Assembly (NCBI GenBank): GCA_010405405.1
Contig: MU004237.1
Location: 1,251,345-1,315,344, forward strand
Direction of reading: 5' to 3'
Length of the DNA: 64,000 nucleotides
Source of the DNA: Microthyrium microscopicum
Lineage: Eukaryota
Positions 49,756 to 62,599 of the stretch are shown in pieces. Made by a program: the position numbers and the translations under genes. Within the stretch, counting starts at the first letter, position 1; each line of letters opens with the position of its first letter. The notes under the pieces are model-generated. The model was given only the letters and a program-made list of their open reading frames with translations, did no database searches and had not been told where the DNA came from.

Positions 49756-51246
49756 TTAATTCGACAATTCGTCGTGCTTCACTGCCCTCAACTCTTCCAA
49801 CACCCGTTGCACCGTCTCTGCTACAACACTCTCTTCAACGTATACCACAGGCGTCTCTATCCCGCGAGCTCGAATCTCAGCTTTCTCCTTTCCACATATC
49901 ACCACAACCGGATAGCCAATCAAATCCGCATGCTGCAACTTCCTCATAAACTCTTCCGGCCCATCATCCATAACCACATCAGCACCACTCTGCGCAATAG
50001 TATCGTACACTGTCTCGGCACTGCCTTCTTCCTTTGGTATAACCAGAACCTCAAAAGGCGCCACGCAAACTGGCCACCGTAGCCCAACGCGTGGTTTCCG
50101 ACGTCCCGTCGGTGCAGCCATCTTACTTGCGATGGCGGCAATGATGCGTGAGACCCCGATTCCGTAGCAGCCCATCTGTACGGGCACGGGTGCTTGGCCG
50201 GGGGTCGCGGTCTGGTACGTTAGACCCAGGGGTACGGAGTAGCGGGTGCTGAGGAAGAAGGTGTGGGCGACTTCGATTGTGCTGTTCGATATGAGTTTAT
50301 TCTCACATTTGAGACAAGACGGGCTCGCGCTCGTCTCGGTCACCGCAGGCAAGACTTCCTCGTTGTATGCACTCCCGCAGCTATTGCACGACCATACGAT
50401 ATCTTCGCCGAGAAGGCTCGCATAGTGGAATTCGTGGTTATGTGTGCCGCCAATACTGCCTGAATCTGCGACAGCCGTCAAGTACGAAAGACCCAATTGT
50501 TTGAATAACGCATGGTAGGCACCTAACACGGCACCGTATGTTTCCATTGCGGATTCCACGTCGGCATCGAAGGTGTAGAGGTCTTTCATGAGGAATTCTT
50601 TCGTCCTTAGAAGGCCCTGGCGCGGCCTTAGCTCATCGCGGTATTTCCGCGTCGTCTGGTACAATCGTACAGGCAGATCGCGATGACTTGTGATATGTGG
50701 TTTGAGGAAGTTGGTGATGACTTCTTCGTGAGTGGGCGCAAGTAGCATGCTGCTGTCTTTGCGGTCGCGCACGGCCAGAAGCTCGTGGTTGCCTGCCTCA
50801 AGAGGCTGCGTGAGGCGGCCGGACTGGAGCCAGAGAGATTGAGAAGTTAGGCTGGAGAGTGCGAGTTTGGAGGCACCGATGGAGCGCATGTGCACATCTA
50901 TGATGGCGGAGAGCTTGTCTTGGACGCGCAGACCGAAGGGGAGGAAGTGGAAGTAGCCGGAGGCTTCCTGGGCGATGAAGCCGCCTTTGAGTAGGAGGGA
51001 CTGGCCATCGTCATTGGTGCCTTCGCCAGTGATATCTGGAGCTGAGCGGTATGTCCAGAAGCTGGAAAGACGGGTGCGGCCATCAAGCTGGAGCTGGAAT
51101 CAGGATTGGTTTTTTATGTCGGAGCAGATGAGAAGACATACTATGATCTGAGAGCTCTGCCGCCGCACCTGGGTTGTGCCTAGGCGAATCTTGAACGTTG
51201 TGCATCTTTCTAGACGCCATGCGCGAGTCCTCGAGATAGAAATCAT
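49756..51246 (-). CDS. AIM10: Mitochondrial prolyl-tRNA synthetase, intron ~51088-51141
   Basis: Arg-rich leader MISISRTRAWRLERC; SGYFHFLPFGLRVQDKL, LAPTHEE, motif 2 YRDELRPRQGLLRTKEFLMKDLYTFD, motif 3 MGCYGIGVSR; anticodon domain ADLIGYP. Confidence 0.92.
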
Positions 51247-51439
51247 GGAGCTCTCGACTCCCGTACTCGATCCATCTCCAGTGTCGTCGTTGGAGAAAAG
51301 CGAGGGAGGCCGCTCAAAGTCTAGCTTGTGATTGGTTGCCGCTTCCAAAATGTGCCAATGGTCCGTGCCTCGAAAATCTAACGACTTCCAAACTTTTTTT
51401 GGGATCTTGCTCCCCTCCGCCAAATCATAATCCACAACT

Positions 51440-54237
51440 ATGTGGAAATCTGGAACGAAAAGAAAGGCCCCAGAGTCTGGTGCCAATGGCACCCCCAAGG
51501 ATTCAAAGCGCAGAGCAGCACCATGGAAAGACAAGAAAGTCGCTGATACTGTCAAAAAACCAAGCGGAGAGGGGAAAATCCGTCTGGTAGGTAACAGCTG
51601 TCGCAAATATGTTTAGTACTAATCTTTATGGTTTAGACATTCAAGTCTCGACCAGACTGGCATGCGGCCGAATTACCTCCTCTTCCTACTCCTGATGTTA
51701 CGAAAACTCCACCATATCATGTCGTCGAAGCCATGAAAAAGCATGCTATGGCGCTACTAGAAGCAGAAAATGAATCGGCTGGCAAATCCATGTCTCAGGA
51801 TGCTTCACATAAATTTATGTCGACCATCATGACATCTGGAACTCTGGAAGATAGAGTTTCTGCTTTGACATTGGGGATTCAAGAGTCACCTTTGCATGGA
51901 ATGAAATCATTCGAAAGTCTTATGGTACTGGCGAAGAAAAAGAGTAGAAACCATGCGATCATGGCGCTCGCCGCTGTCAAAGATTTGCTCAGTCAAGGTC
52001 TTGTTCTACCAGCAGATCGCAAGCTACGATACTTCGGGAAACAACCAGGCCTCATTGCAGCGTTGCAAGATACCAAGGATTGGCATGAAGGCCAGTTGCT
52101 ACCTGGAGATTTGAAGGAGGTCCACCTGCTTTCTTGGGCTTTCGAGGACTGGCTCAAGAAGATCTACTTCGAAATCATTCAAGTTCTAGAGAATTGGTGT
52201 AACGACGAGATTGAATACACCAGAACCCGAGCTCTTGGATTTATTTTCGAACTTCTAAAGGAGAAGCCAGAACAAGAAGAAAATTTGCTTCGTCTGCTTG
52301 TCAACAAACTGGGAGACAAGGCCAAGAGAGTATCATCTCGAGCTTCGTATTTGTTGCTTCAATTGGAGCAATCTCATCCTAATATGAAACAAATCGTCAC
52401 CAAAGCAATTGAATCAGATGTTCTCTTCAAGGACGGTCAAAATCCAAGCGCCAAATATTACGCAATCATTACTCTCAATCAAACAGTTCTGAGCTCGAAA
52501 GAGCCTGAGCTTGCCCAAGCACTATTGGATATTTACTTCACAGTCTTTCGAGCAGTTCTCAGTAAGCAGACTGGATCGTCGGTGAATGGGGCAGCGCCAC
52601 CAGATCCTAGCCAAAAGATGAACCGGAAAGCAAAAGCACGAGCGGCAGAGGCAGAAAAGGCCGCAAAGCAATTCGAGGAGCTTGAAGAAAAGTTGATTGC
52701 CCAAATATTGACAGGAGTCAATCGTGCATTTCCCTTCGCAGACACCAGTACTTCAACATTTGAAGCTCAGCTTGATACGCTCTATCGTATTACCCATTCC
52801 TCAAACTTTGGCACCAGTGTCCAAGCCATGATACTTATCCAAATGATCACGCAAGCCAAAGGCGTCACTGCAGATCGATACTATCGAACACTTTACGAGT
52901 CCCTCCTCGATCCTCGGCTGATTACTTCGAACAAACAAGTCATGTACCTCAACCTGCTCTACAAGTCAATCAAATCCGATCTCAGTGTCAAACGAGTCCA
53001 AGCCTTCGTCAAGCGCATCCTACAAATCCTCCCGGTTCACGAACCACCATTCGCATGCAGTGCGCTGTTCCTAGTTCACGAAATCAGTAAAGTCTTCCCC
53101 GCCGTCAAGACCATGGCATCCACAGCCGAACTCGACGACGAAGATGAAGACGAGCACTTTGTCGATGTTCCTGAAGACGGCGCAGCACCCATCGCGCCCA
53201 CAAAATCATATACTTCTACATCAACCTTTAAATACGACCCTCGCAAGCGCGACCCTCTCCACACGAACGCTGACCACAGCTGTCTCTGGGAACTCCTCCC
53301 GATCCAAGCTCACTTCCATCCCTCAGTTGCCGTCTTCGCGCAATCATTCCTAGACCAATCAAAAGCACCACCAAAACCCGACCCAACTCTCCACACCCTG
53401 ATGCATTTCCTGGACCGTTTTGTGTATCGCAACGCGAAAGCCAATGGCGCACCAATGCGGGGCTCCTCCATCATGCAGCCACTCGCCGGCAACGATGCCG
53501 TGGACTTGCTAGTATCCAGCCGAGCAGGCGCCAGTGCGGAGATTCCGCTAAATACCGAGGCATTCTGGAACAAGAAGGCAGGCGAGGTCGCAGCAGATGA
53601 AGTGTTTTTCCACCAGTACTTTGCGCAGTCGGGGAAGAACAAGAAGAAGGAGAAGAAGAAGGTCAAGGAGGACGACGAGGATGATGATGAAGAGGGCGGC
53701 GAAGATGCGGGCGAGGATGAGATTTGGAAGGCATTGGTTAATTCGAGACCGGAGGTGGAGGGGGATAGTGACGATGATGAGGAGGGATTCAGTGATATGG
53801 ATGATCTCATGGCTGATGATGCCGCGGACGATGATGGTGGTTATAGTGATGGGGCCGATGAGGATGATCAGGATGTTGTGTTCAACATGGACTCGGATGG
53901 CGAGGACGAAGAGATGATTAGTGAGGATGGTGGTGTAGAGATCAATATGGAGTCTGATGAAGAGGTGGCCGAGTTGAATGACGAGGATGATGAAGCTGTA
54001 GCAGCAGCGGATGATGATGACGACGAAGGCGTCTTCAATATTGCAGACCTGGAGAGCGATGATGATGCTCAGATTGGAAGTGAGGACGAGTTACCGTCTG
54101 ATGTCGAGGCGCCGGTCGCAGACGAAGCGAAAGAGAAGAAGGGGAAGAATAAGAAGCGCAAGCTTAAGCATCTTCCGCTATTCGCGTCTGCGGAGGATTA
54201 CGCGAAGCTTATTGGAGATAGCGATGAAGAGTACTAG
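51440..54237 (+). CDS. MAK21: Ribosome biogenesis protein Mak21/Noc1 (CBF domain), intron ~51587-51636
   Basis: SGTLEDRVSALTL, EKPEQEENLLRLLVNKLGD, ILTGVNRAFPF, YDPRKRDP..NAD.SCLWEL, HTLMHFLDRFVYRN, acidic tail and LPLFASAEDYA. Confidence 0.95.
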
Positions 54238-55691
54238 ACTATTGGATTGCTAGATATTGGGCGCTGTCGTCCAAATGAAGGGATATATTCATCAAAAGCA
54301 TATGGCGATTCAAGACTTTATCCACCTCATGTGCATTGAGATATGGTACAGTGAGCGCCTCCCAGGAAAACGTGTGAGAATCCTGAAAGCATCATCGGAC
54401 GAGACTGTCAAGTTCTTCATGAGTGCCATATACTACGCGCCAATATAAATGATGTAACGAGTTGGTCAACAAGGCTCCGCGCATCATCATTTGAATCTGT
54501 CTGATAGCATGTGTGCTTTCAGCTCCGGCGAGGTGCTCACAGAGGAGAATATAAGCATGTTCAAGCTCATGTAGGCGGCACACGTTCCTGGACCATGAGC
54601 GGCATGCCCGTCGCGTTAATATAAACGTATTGGTCTGGTCATTTACCGTGACGCGATATCGAGTTGAATAGTTGAGAACGTTCCGTCTCATGTACCTCAG
54701 AGATCCTGTGAGACTCTCACAGGAGAGGTTGTGGGATCTTATACACCTCAACAGGCTGCTACATCGTGATCATTGCTTTCTTGATATTGCAGGAGCTCTA
54801 GAGAAATTGTCTGGTTAATGGCGAGCCATCACCAAATTGAGGGGTGACGTCTAAAAACACGTCCTAATGTAGCTAGCACATGCGGACGTGAAGAGGCGCC
54901 TTGCCTTAAAAAGGTTAGCTGCCTCGAATTCCACGTTGGTGGGACAAAACGAGATCTTGGCAGCCTCAATGCTCCCCAGCAACCGCGGAACACTACACGG
55001 TATTCTCCCGCACATCCTCAAAACACAGCAATTTGAGAATATATTCGACATTTGGAGCGCGTCTACTCGAGTCAAAAACAGAGCTTTTCAAGAAAATTCA
55101 AAAAGTTCGCGTCGAGATAGATCGTGCAGCTTGCAGAAGGCTCGCGAATCAAGCGGTTGCCCCAGACACCAGCGCGAACGTTGATTGGCTCTGTGGTCGC
55201 GCAAGGTAGCTCTTTCCTTCGCAGCACGGGCCCCAAACAAACTGGTGCAGGCGCTCGGGCCCAGTCGCCAGTTACAGCAGCCACGACTCTACCTGTTGCT
55301 CTCTACCAAATCCAAGCAGGTCACTTACTCTTACTTTCTTCGTATATCAACTCGACCCATCAAAGCACTCCCAGCTTCCCTCATTCTACCACCACTCTCC
55401 CACCATTCCACTCTCCCAGTGCTTCCTCAAACAGACGGCCATTCTCAGCTCCTAGCGAGCTCTCTACTACGTGATATTATCTCTCATCCTGTACGTCGAT
55501 ATCATCACGCGAATTTCATACCATGTTGCTAACTGCGCGTTCGCGCTTTAGATCCAGGCCAAGCCTACATCGGTACATGATATCTGTTTAACGCAGTATC
55601 AACACAAGTCCCAGCTTCAGACCGCTTTGCTCTGCTGCTCCATCTTTCTCCCGGTCCATCAATTCTAAAAATTCTCGCTGCCACCGCCACA

Positions 55692-57305
55692 ATGGCTCCA
55701 GTAAGTCCTCCATGTCAACATGAAAACATTGTTGATATCTCCACACCAAATGCCTCGAGCATCCAGTACTAACATGTCTCTCCAGAAGATCACCGCCAAG
55801 CGTAGTCTCGCCAACGAAAATGACGAGAACGCTGTCTCTACGCGTGTTACGCGTGCCAAAGCTGCTGCACTTGATCCTTCCGGTGCCGACATGAAGAAGC
55901 CTCTTGTTCGAACCAAATCAAGTGCCAATGCCAATGCCACCCAGGCCCGCAAGCGTGCCGCTCTCGAGGATGTTTCCAACTTTGCCAAAAAGGATGCCAA
56001 CGGTGCTAAAGACGCAAAAAAGAAGCCATTGGGTGTAAAGGCTGGGTCTGTGACCAATGCTGCTCGACCCACCAAGGTTGAAAAGGCGACCCGTACAACT
56101 ACAAAATCTGTCTTGACCTCCAAGAGCATCAACACCAAACGTCCTGCTCCGAGCTCGGGTGCCGGCCATGTCACTAAGAAGTCGCGTTCAACGGATTCTG
56201 CGTCAAAGGTTGTGGTTCAAGACGATAATGTCGACGAGAATGTAGCACCCCAAGTCGAGTCCGTCAAGGTTGAGGTTAAGAGCCAAGTCAAGCTGGAAAC
56301 CATTGTCGATGAGGTCGATGTCGATGTACGATCCGATACAGAAGATGCTGTTGAGCCCATTATGGAGGAAGACGAAATTGCGGATTTGGATGCTGAGGAT
56401 CTTGATGATCCCCTCATGGTTGCCGAATACGTCAACGAAATCTTCGACTACCTCAAGGAATTGGAACTACAAACTATGCCAAACCCCAACTACATGGAGA
56501 ACCAAGACGATCTCGAGTGGCAGATGCGTGGTATTCTCGTCGACTGGCTACTGGAGGTCCATACTCGCTTCCGACTCCTACCAGAAACCCTTTTCCTTGC
56601 AGTCAACATCATCGACCGCTTCCTCTCCGCCAAAGTCGTCCAACTCGACCGTCTACAACTCGTCGGCGTCACCGCCATGTTCATCGCATCCAAATACGAG
56701 GAAGTTCTCTCTCCACACGTCTCCAATTTCCGACACGTCGCAGACGATGGATTCACTGAAGAAGAGATCCTCAGTGCAGAACGTTTCATCCTGACCGCCC
56801 TCAACTACGACCTGAGCTATCCCAACCCCATGAACTTCCTCCGCCGCATCTCAAAGGCTGATAACTACGACGTCCAAACCCGCACTCTCGGCAAATATCT
56901 CCTCGAGATCTCATGCCTTGACCACCGCTTCATTGGCCACCCACCTTCTCGCATTGCCGCTGCGTCCATGTACATGGCCCGCCTCATTCTTGACCGTGGT
57001 GAGTGGGATCCTACGATCGCTCACTATGCTGGCTGCACAGAGGAAGAGCTCCTTCCTTGCTTCCACCTCATGCTCGACTACCTACACGGCCCAGTCAAAC
57101 ACGAAGCCTTCTTCAAGAAGTACGCCCACAAAAAGTTCATGAAAGGTAAACATCCTCCATCCCATACCTTTCAATATCAAACTAACATTCCTTCCCAGCA
57201 TCCGTCGTCGTCCGCCCATGGGTTAAGCAAAATGCCGAGTTCTATCTCAGCCAATTGCCCAAATCTGACCCACTACACTTCAAGTCGCGTGACAAGACGC
57301 GGTAG
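55692..57305 (+). CDS. nimE: G2/M B-type cyclin (NimE/Cdc13/Clb-like); 9-nt first exon, introns 55701-55785 and ~57146-57198
   Basis: Destruction box RAALEDVSN; cyclin box MRGILVDWLLEVH..FRLLPETLFLAVNIIDRFLS; QLVGVTAMFIASKYEE; FFKKYAHKKFMKAS. Confidence 0.94.
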
Positions 57306-58372
57306 AGCAGCGGTAGAGCACTTTGCTGTGGTCTCGCGCCTCCATAAAAAAAATAAGTCTTTCACTCTATAGCCATAAACACACTCTACTGGCTTTTGTC
57401 TGTACAACTTGATGCTGTACAACACGGATTGGCGTTGCTCGGTTTTTCTATTCTTTTCATGATGTTGACGAACCGAATCTTCAAAGGGTTCGACATTGGG
57501 GCGTTTTTGCTGGGCCTGGTTTTTAACACTATTCTTTTGGGCTCTGGCTGGCGTTGCATGGCTTGCGGTTTTTTCTCGTCTTTTTTGCTGTCAAGTGCCG
57601 CGCCCTTGACCCTGCGTTGTTGTCTGTTTTTACTCCGTTGTCCACTGTTCTTTGGCAACTTGGTCACTGGTGGTGGGCTCGCGTGTATTTGTGATGATTG
57701 CTTTGCCTTGCTATCTTGTCTTGTCTGGCGTGATTGGGGCGGGCATTAATGGGGTGGTGGGCGGGCTCAAGGGTCTAGGATAGCAAAATGCACGGTATCA
57801 TTCGTTAATTCCTTGCTCGTCTGAATCTGTGTTCCGTCTAATCCAGCATATGTAGGCTCGCTGGCCTTGCCATCGAAAGTCTCACCTTCTCTATAGCCTT
57901 CGAAACGTTTTGACGCTTGGTTGCCGTTCTCATATTCGTCGGTCTGAAGGGCCAAGATGGTGGGCAACTGATTGTAAGTTCTTCATGAACCATCTATTTG
58001 GTCACATTGACACAGAGCTCCGAACAACCAGCTATTCTAGTACCGCGTCAGACGGGTCTGTTGTATCTGCCATTGCCCGGTTGGTACTGAACGTGGCGAG
58101 CCTCGAAGACACAACTGTCTCTCACAAGCCAGCATGTAGACAGCATTTTGGAGGTTCGGATTGTTTAACTAGGAGATCTCATTATGAATGTCACCAAAAG
58201 TCAACCGAAACAACAGCTTTTTCGGCTGCTCTGACCCCCTATCGAAAAGAACACTCAGTCTCATCAAAAGGTGTGACTATGAATGCCTCCTCTCCACTAC
58301 CAGCGATATACACGGCTATTATAAGCCTACTTGAGGAGTATTATAAGAATACTGAGTTGGCGTAATGAACCG

Positions 58373-59000
58373 CTAAGATTTACACGTCGAGTCATACTGA
58401 TCAGACTTCCCAAAATTCGGCGTCCCCCTATTCTCATATCCAAGCCTACCTAAATCAAGGTATTGCCTACCTCAAAATAAGCCCATTCCACGCCCAAATC
58501 GCACGCATAACATACCTTTCGGATCATACTTAGGCCACCCAACTTCCCCAACCCATCAACCGGATCCTTCACAAACGCCACCCAAGCACCCATAACATTC
58601 CGTATCAAAACCTCCTGCTCCAACTCATCCTTCCCCGCCCCATCCTTCCGTTCCGCCGTCCCCAGCGTCAACGGCGCATCACTGGAGCTGGGTTGGGTTG
58701 TTGCCCAGGAGACGCCTTCGTTTGCGGCGCCGATGATGATGTTGCCTGGTAGACCTGTTGCGGTTCCTGACTGCTATATGAAGCCGCTGACGATTGGCTG
58801 TGAAGGTTGTTAGTAAGCCGTCGGGAAAGCGGATTGGGTGAGTACTGACGTCTTTAGCCTATGCTCAAGTGTAGAAATCAACTGAGGCTGCTCCAGCGGA
58901 TTCGCCGAATAGGATGATTTCATACATCTCATAGTGGCTTGAGTCTTGACTCTTACCGTAAGTTGTATTTCGCACTTTGGATTTCGTATCCACGGCTGAT
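58373..59000 (-). pseudogene. Carboxylesterase type B pseudogene (stops, frameshifts, large internal deletions)
   Basis: IILFGESAGAASVDFYT*A*AKD (GESAG at 58892-58906), PIVSGFI*QSG, MGAWVAFVKDPVDGL, frameshift to WPKYDP, then LGYEN...YDSTC*. Confidence 0.8.
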
Positions 59001-59525
59001 CAGATATTCTCCTAGCGCGCCATTGAAGCACAATCACATCAACTCGCAAAGCGGAAGTAGCCTCTCGACTGTATGTTCTGCACGACGTTTCTCATTTGCT
59101 TGAGATTGAAATAGTTTCGCTGAATATGGGTCTCGGAATTGGCGGTATCTTAGGTATAGCAGCTGGCAACATCCCAGGTGACATTGGGTCCAATCTGCTC
59201 ACAAGTATTGGAAATCTCTTGATGGTAGGAAAAGCGACGCCTTCGCAAGGAAACTCGTCAGCGCTTGTGGGAGCGTTGCGGTATGCTGCGGAGCATCCGC
59301 AAAGTGGATTGCTGAATTCGACGTTTTCGAGTCTTGGGTTGTCAATTGGAAATGCGATTGGGAAATTTGTTGATTATGGTTCTTAGTGACCTGTGGCGAT
59401 CGGATGATTCAGTGAAGTTTGAGAATGGAATCCTCTTGCTGAGTCCGACAACTTCAAGAGAGTACTCCTGGGAGGCGGCATAAATACAGTATCTCACGAG
59501 TAGATGAGTATTGTGATATACAACT

Positions 59526-60158
59526 TTATCCAAAGTTCTGTATGAACGAAGCAAACTGGATATCAATAGACGCGCCACCCTCCACAACTTCATGAGCGAA
59601 TTTTCGAGGCTTGATGGTAAGAAAGTGACTATAAATCTGGTGATGAGCATCGGGGAGCCTGCAACGGTATGTACAGGTGCCCCATTCTTCTGTCTCGTTC
59701 CACACAGGCTTTATGCTCGAAAACTTTTCTATATTTAGACCGCTGTTGGTCTGGTCCATTTCGTGCAAGGCAGATATGAGTGAGCTTTTTGTTGCGCTGT
59801 ATTCTACCACTGCTTCGTTCCGATCTATTGTTGCCATCGATGATTGCTCGCTATGTCTTTCAATATCCTTGTCGACGATATTCAGGAAAGCTATCCATAA
59901 GCTTTGGAAATCACCTAAATTGCCTCCAATCACTATTGCGATTTCCGTAGTATTCATGGGCATAGAGTTGTCCTTATTGAATATATCTCGCACTTTATCC
60001 TTCTTGAACAGCCGGAAACTAGAGGAACGTTTGATTGCAGGTGCCTGGAAGAATATTGCGATATGGGGTCCTCGTGATCGTTTTGAAAGAGTCACCGGCT
60101 GAGGCGTATTTTGACTACCCTTTTGAGTAAGGTGCCCGCAAACTAATGCACTGGACAT
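59526..60158 (-). CDS. Orphan ORF (210 aa; true start may be 59963) divergent from the HET gene
   Basis: Open frame of globular-looking composition; no recognised motif. Confidence 0.45.
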   Translation of the reverse strand: MSSALVCGHLTQKGSQNTPQPVTLSKRSRGPHIAIFFQAPAIKRSSSFRLFKKDKVRDIFNKDNSMPMNTTEIAIVIGGNLGDFQSLWIAFLNIVDKDIERHSEQSSMATIDRNEAVVEYSATKSSLISALHEMDQTNSGLNIEKFSSIKPVWNETEEWGTCTYRCRLPDAHHQIYSHFLTIKPRKFAHEVVEGGASIDIQFASFIQNFG

Positions 60159-60225
60159 TTAATGTCTCAGTAGCTTAAGGGATGCCTTCATCTCCCTGCG
60201 TGATCAACTCATCGCATTTTATTTA

Positions 60226-62409
60226 ATGGAACCCTCTGAAAGTCATAAACAAATCGGTCGAGTGATTGGTTCTGGATGCCAACACCTCAGCTTAAACCAG
60301 TATCTTATTGAAGACAAAGATCCTGGTCCTACCGAGCTTGGAGGTTTCCAAGAGATTTCCCAAAGAACCAACTGCTCTTTCTGTCAACTCATCATCAGCG
60401 CCTTGAGTGCTCATCCTCCAGGATACTGGGAGGAGAGGGTTTATCCATTCGAGCAATGTCATCTGGGCAGGACTTGGGACGTTTCCGGGGCTCCTAGACT
60501 TGTGACATGGTTCGATGCCACGTCCTCGACTCTTCCTTCCGGCATTACTGGACATAGCACTACATTTGGTGAGATTCTTCTACTGAAAGGATCATCTGAT
60601 CAACGACAAGATGTACGAGCCGGACTCGCCCGAGTTGTTGGGGAATCTCGCGTAGATTTCTCGTTGATCAGCGGGTGGATCCATTCTTGCGAAGAACATC
60701 ATCGATCGCTTTGTAACCCAGGATCGTACAAACCGACTTACATCAGGCTCCTTGACATAAAGCGTATGTGCTTGGTTAGTGGCTCCCAGAGATGCCGCTA
60801 TTTCGCACTAAGCTACGTGTGGGGAAGCACGGCTACATTTGAGACACTGAAATCCAACCTTTCCGAATTAGGAGAAGACCGTTCCATCTTGCAAGTTAGA
60901 GAACGCCTTCCACGGTCCATAAACGATGCTATATCTCTTGTCTCTGCACTTCAAGAAAGATTTCTTTGGGTCGATGCGCTGTGCATTGTGCAAGATGATG
61001 CGGAGGACAAGCAAACGCAAATCTCTCATATGGACATTATTTACCGTCAAGCTGTGGCAACGATTGTATCTTTATCTGGACAAGATGCCAACGCAGGGCT
61101 GCCTGGCGTACAAGAAGGATCCCGACAAGTTCAACAACGTTCGATAGTAGTCAACTCGTGGCGGCTCTTTGCGAAACTGCCGGAACTCTCCGCTGTTCTA
61201 CAGAAGTCGAAATGGCAAACCCGTGCTTGGACATTTCAAGAAGGAATATTGTCAAGAAGATGTCTATTCTTTTCGAATGACCAAGTCTACTTCCAATGTC
61301 AGTCAGGCTATTTTACTGAAGACACCCACGGGGATCAAACTAGACCTGGATGGGGTCTGGGCTTTACCAATCCATTTCGACAGAGAGTCACCACCAAGGA
61401 AGAAGACCATCCCTGTTTAGCGTTCAATACTTACAACAATTTGGTGAAGGCGTACTCGAACAGGCAACATACGTATAACTCTGACTCTCTGAACGCATTC
61501 CGAGGGGTCTTATCAGCATTCAACACATCATTTGGATGGCGTTTCATCAGTGCTCTACCAGAAGATGTCTTTGACCTCGCGTTACTCTGGAGGCCCATGT
61601 CCGTGGCACGTTTGCGACCAAGAGGATCTTCTCAAAGTTCGTGTGATGTAGCTTGCACGACACCAACGTGGTGCTGGACGTCATGGATTGGCAATATTTA
61701 TTGGGATTCTTGGCGCACAGTTTCCTATGCCGGAAAAGCTGTGTCATTAGAACCGGCTGTTGAACAATTTTGCATCGCAAGTCTTGATGGCTTTCATGGC
61801 ATTTGCAGACGGAAGGGTAGCACCGGCAGTGACAGCTTTGAGAACATCATCAATGACGCCAAAAATTGCTTGGACATCAGCTGGAATAACGCTGGCACAG
61901 AAACCAAGAGTCCCTGGATTATGGTACTTTTTTTCAAGGCATCGGTAACCGGCCTCTCCAAACTTTCGATACTATCCGAGTTCGAACGCCGTGAAAAGTA
62001 TCAGAACATGTCTGATTGGTTGAGGTGCAACAGCAGAGGCGATGCGTGGATATGTGATAGTAATGGTTGGCACTGTGGTACCCTGTACGGTCTGCCATCT
62101 ACTTGGAAAAACTCTCACAATCCTCGTCTTTGTGAGCTCGTTCTCCTATCCACTTTCAGCCAGGAAGAAGTTACGCCAGCAGACATCAATGCGCATCGAC
62201 TAAGTCTTCCACTTGATTATCCATCAAGTGATGACTATTACAATGAAATATTCGACACATCTCATTACAAATACACAGACTGCTGGGCTCACAACATTAT
62301 ACTTGTTGAATGGAATGGGAATTTGGCGATGCGAGTTGCTGTTGGACAGATTCATGTTGATGCTTGGGTAACTCTAGAAACTTCTACTAAGATGATACCA
62401 CTGGTGTGA
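60226..62409 (+). CDS. Heterokaryon incompatibility (HET) domain protein, 727 aa, intronless
   Basis: HET motifs RLLD...YFALSYVWG, LPRSINDAI...RFLWVDALCIVQDD...QISHMDIIY..A..TIV and WQTRAWTFQEG.LSRRCL.F...QVYFQC; C-terminal PTWCWTSW. Confidence 0.93.
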   Translation: MEPSESHKQIGRVIGSGCQHLSLNQYLIEDKDPGPTELGGFQEISQRTNCSFCQLIISALSAHPPGYWEERVYPFEQCHLGRTWDVSGAPRLVTWFDATSSTLPSGITGHSTTFGEILLLKGSSDQRQDVRAGLARVVGESRVDFSLISGWIHSCEEHHRSLCNPGSYKPTYIRLLDIKRMCLVSGSQRCRYFALSYVWGSTATFETLKSNLSELGEDRSILQVRERLPRSINDAISLVSALQERFLWVDALCIVQDDAEDKQTQISHMDIIYRQAVATIVSLSGQDANAGLPGVQEGSRQVQQRSIVVNSWRLFAKLPELSAVLQKSKWQTRAWTFQEGILSRRCLFFSNDQVYFQCQSGYFTEDTHGDQTRPGWGLGFTNPFRQRVTTKEEDHPCLAFNTYNNLVKAYSNRQHTYNSDSLNAFRGVLSAFNTSFGWRFISALPEDVFDLALLWRPMSVARLRPRGSSQSSCDVACTTPTWCWTSWIGNIYWDSWRTVSYAGKAVSLEPAVEQFCIASLDGFHGICRRKGSTGSDSFENIINDAKNCLDISWNNAGTETKSPWIMVLFFKASVTGLSKLSILSEFERREKYQNMSDWLRCNSRGDAWICDSNGWHCGTLYGLPSTWKNSHNPRLCELVLLSTFSQEEVTPADINAHRLSLPLDYPSSDDYYNEIFDTSHYKYTDCWAHNIILVEWNGNLAMRVAVGQIHVDAWVTLETSTKMIPLV

Positions 62410-62599
62410 AGGTCTTTCGGGGTGTGCTATCTCACATTGTATCTAGAAAAAAAAAAGGTTGTCCGTGTGCCCATCTAGTGCTTCAATGGGCTTCCTGTAT
62501 CAAATCCCTGTATCGAATTATCTCAGAAGCTCAGCCCCTAAAACTCCTAAAGCCAGATCCTATTATCACGGCACGTAATGAGGCAGATCTGAGTTTTAG

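Noticed and set aside
59096..59386. Gly/Leu-rich 96-aa ORF
   Set aside because: Possibly a gene fragment, but there is no recognisable family or supporting signals.
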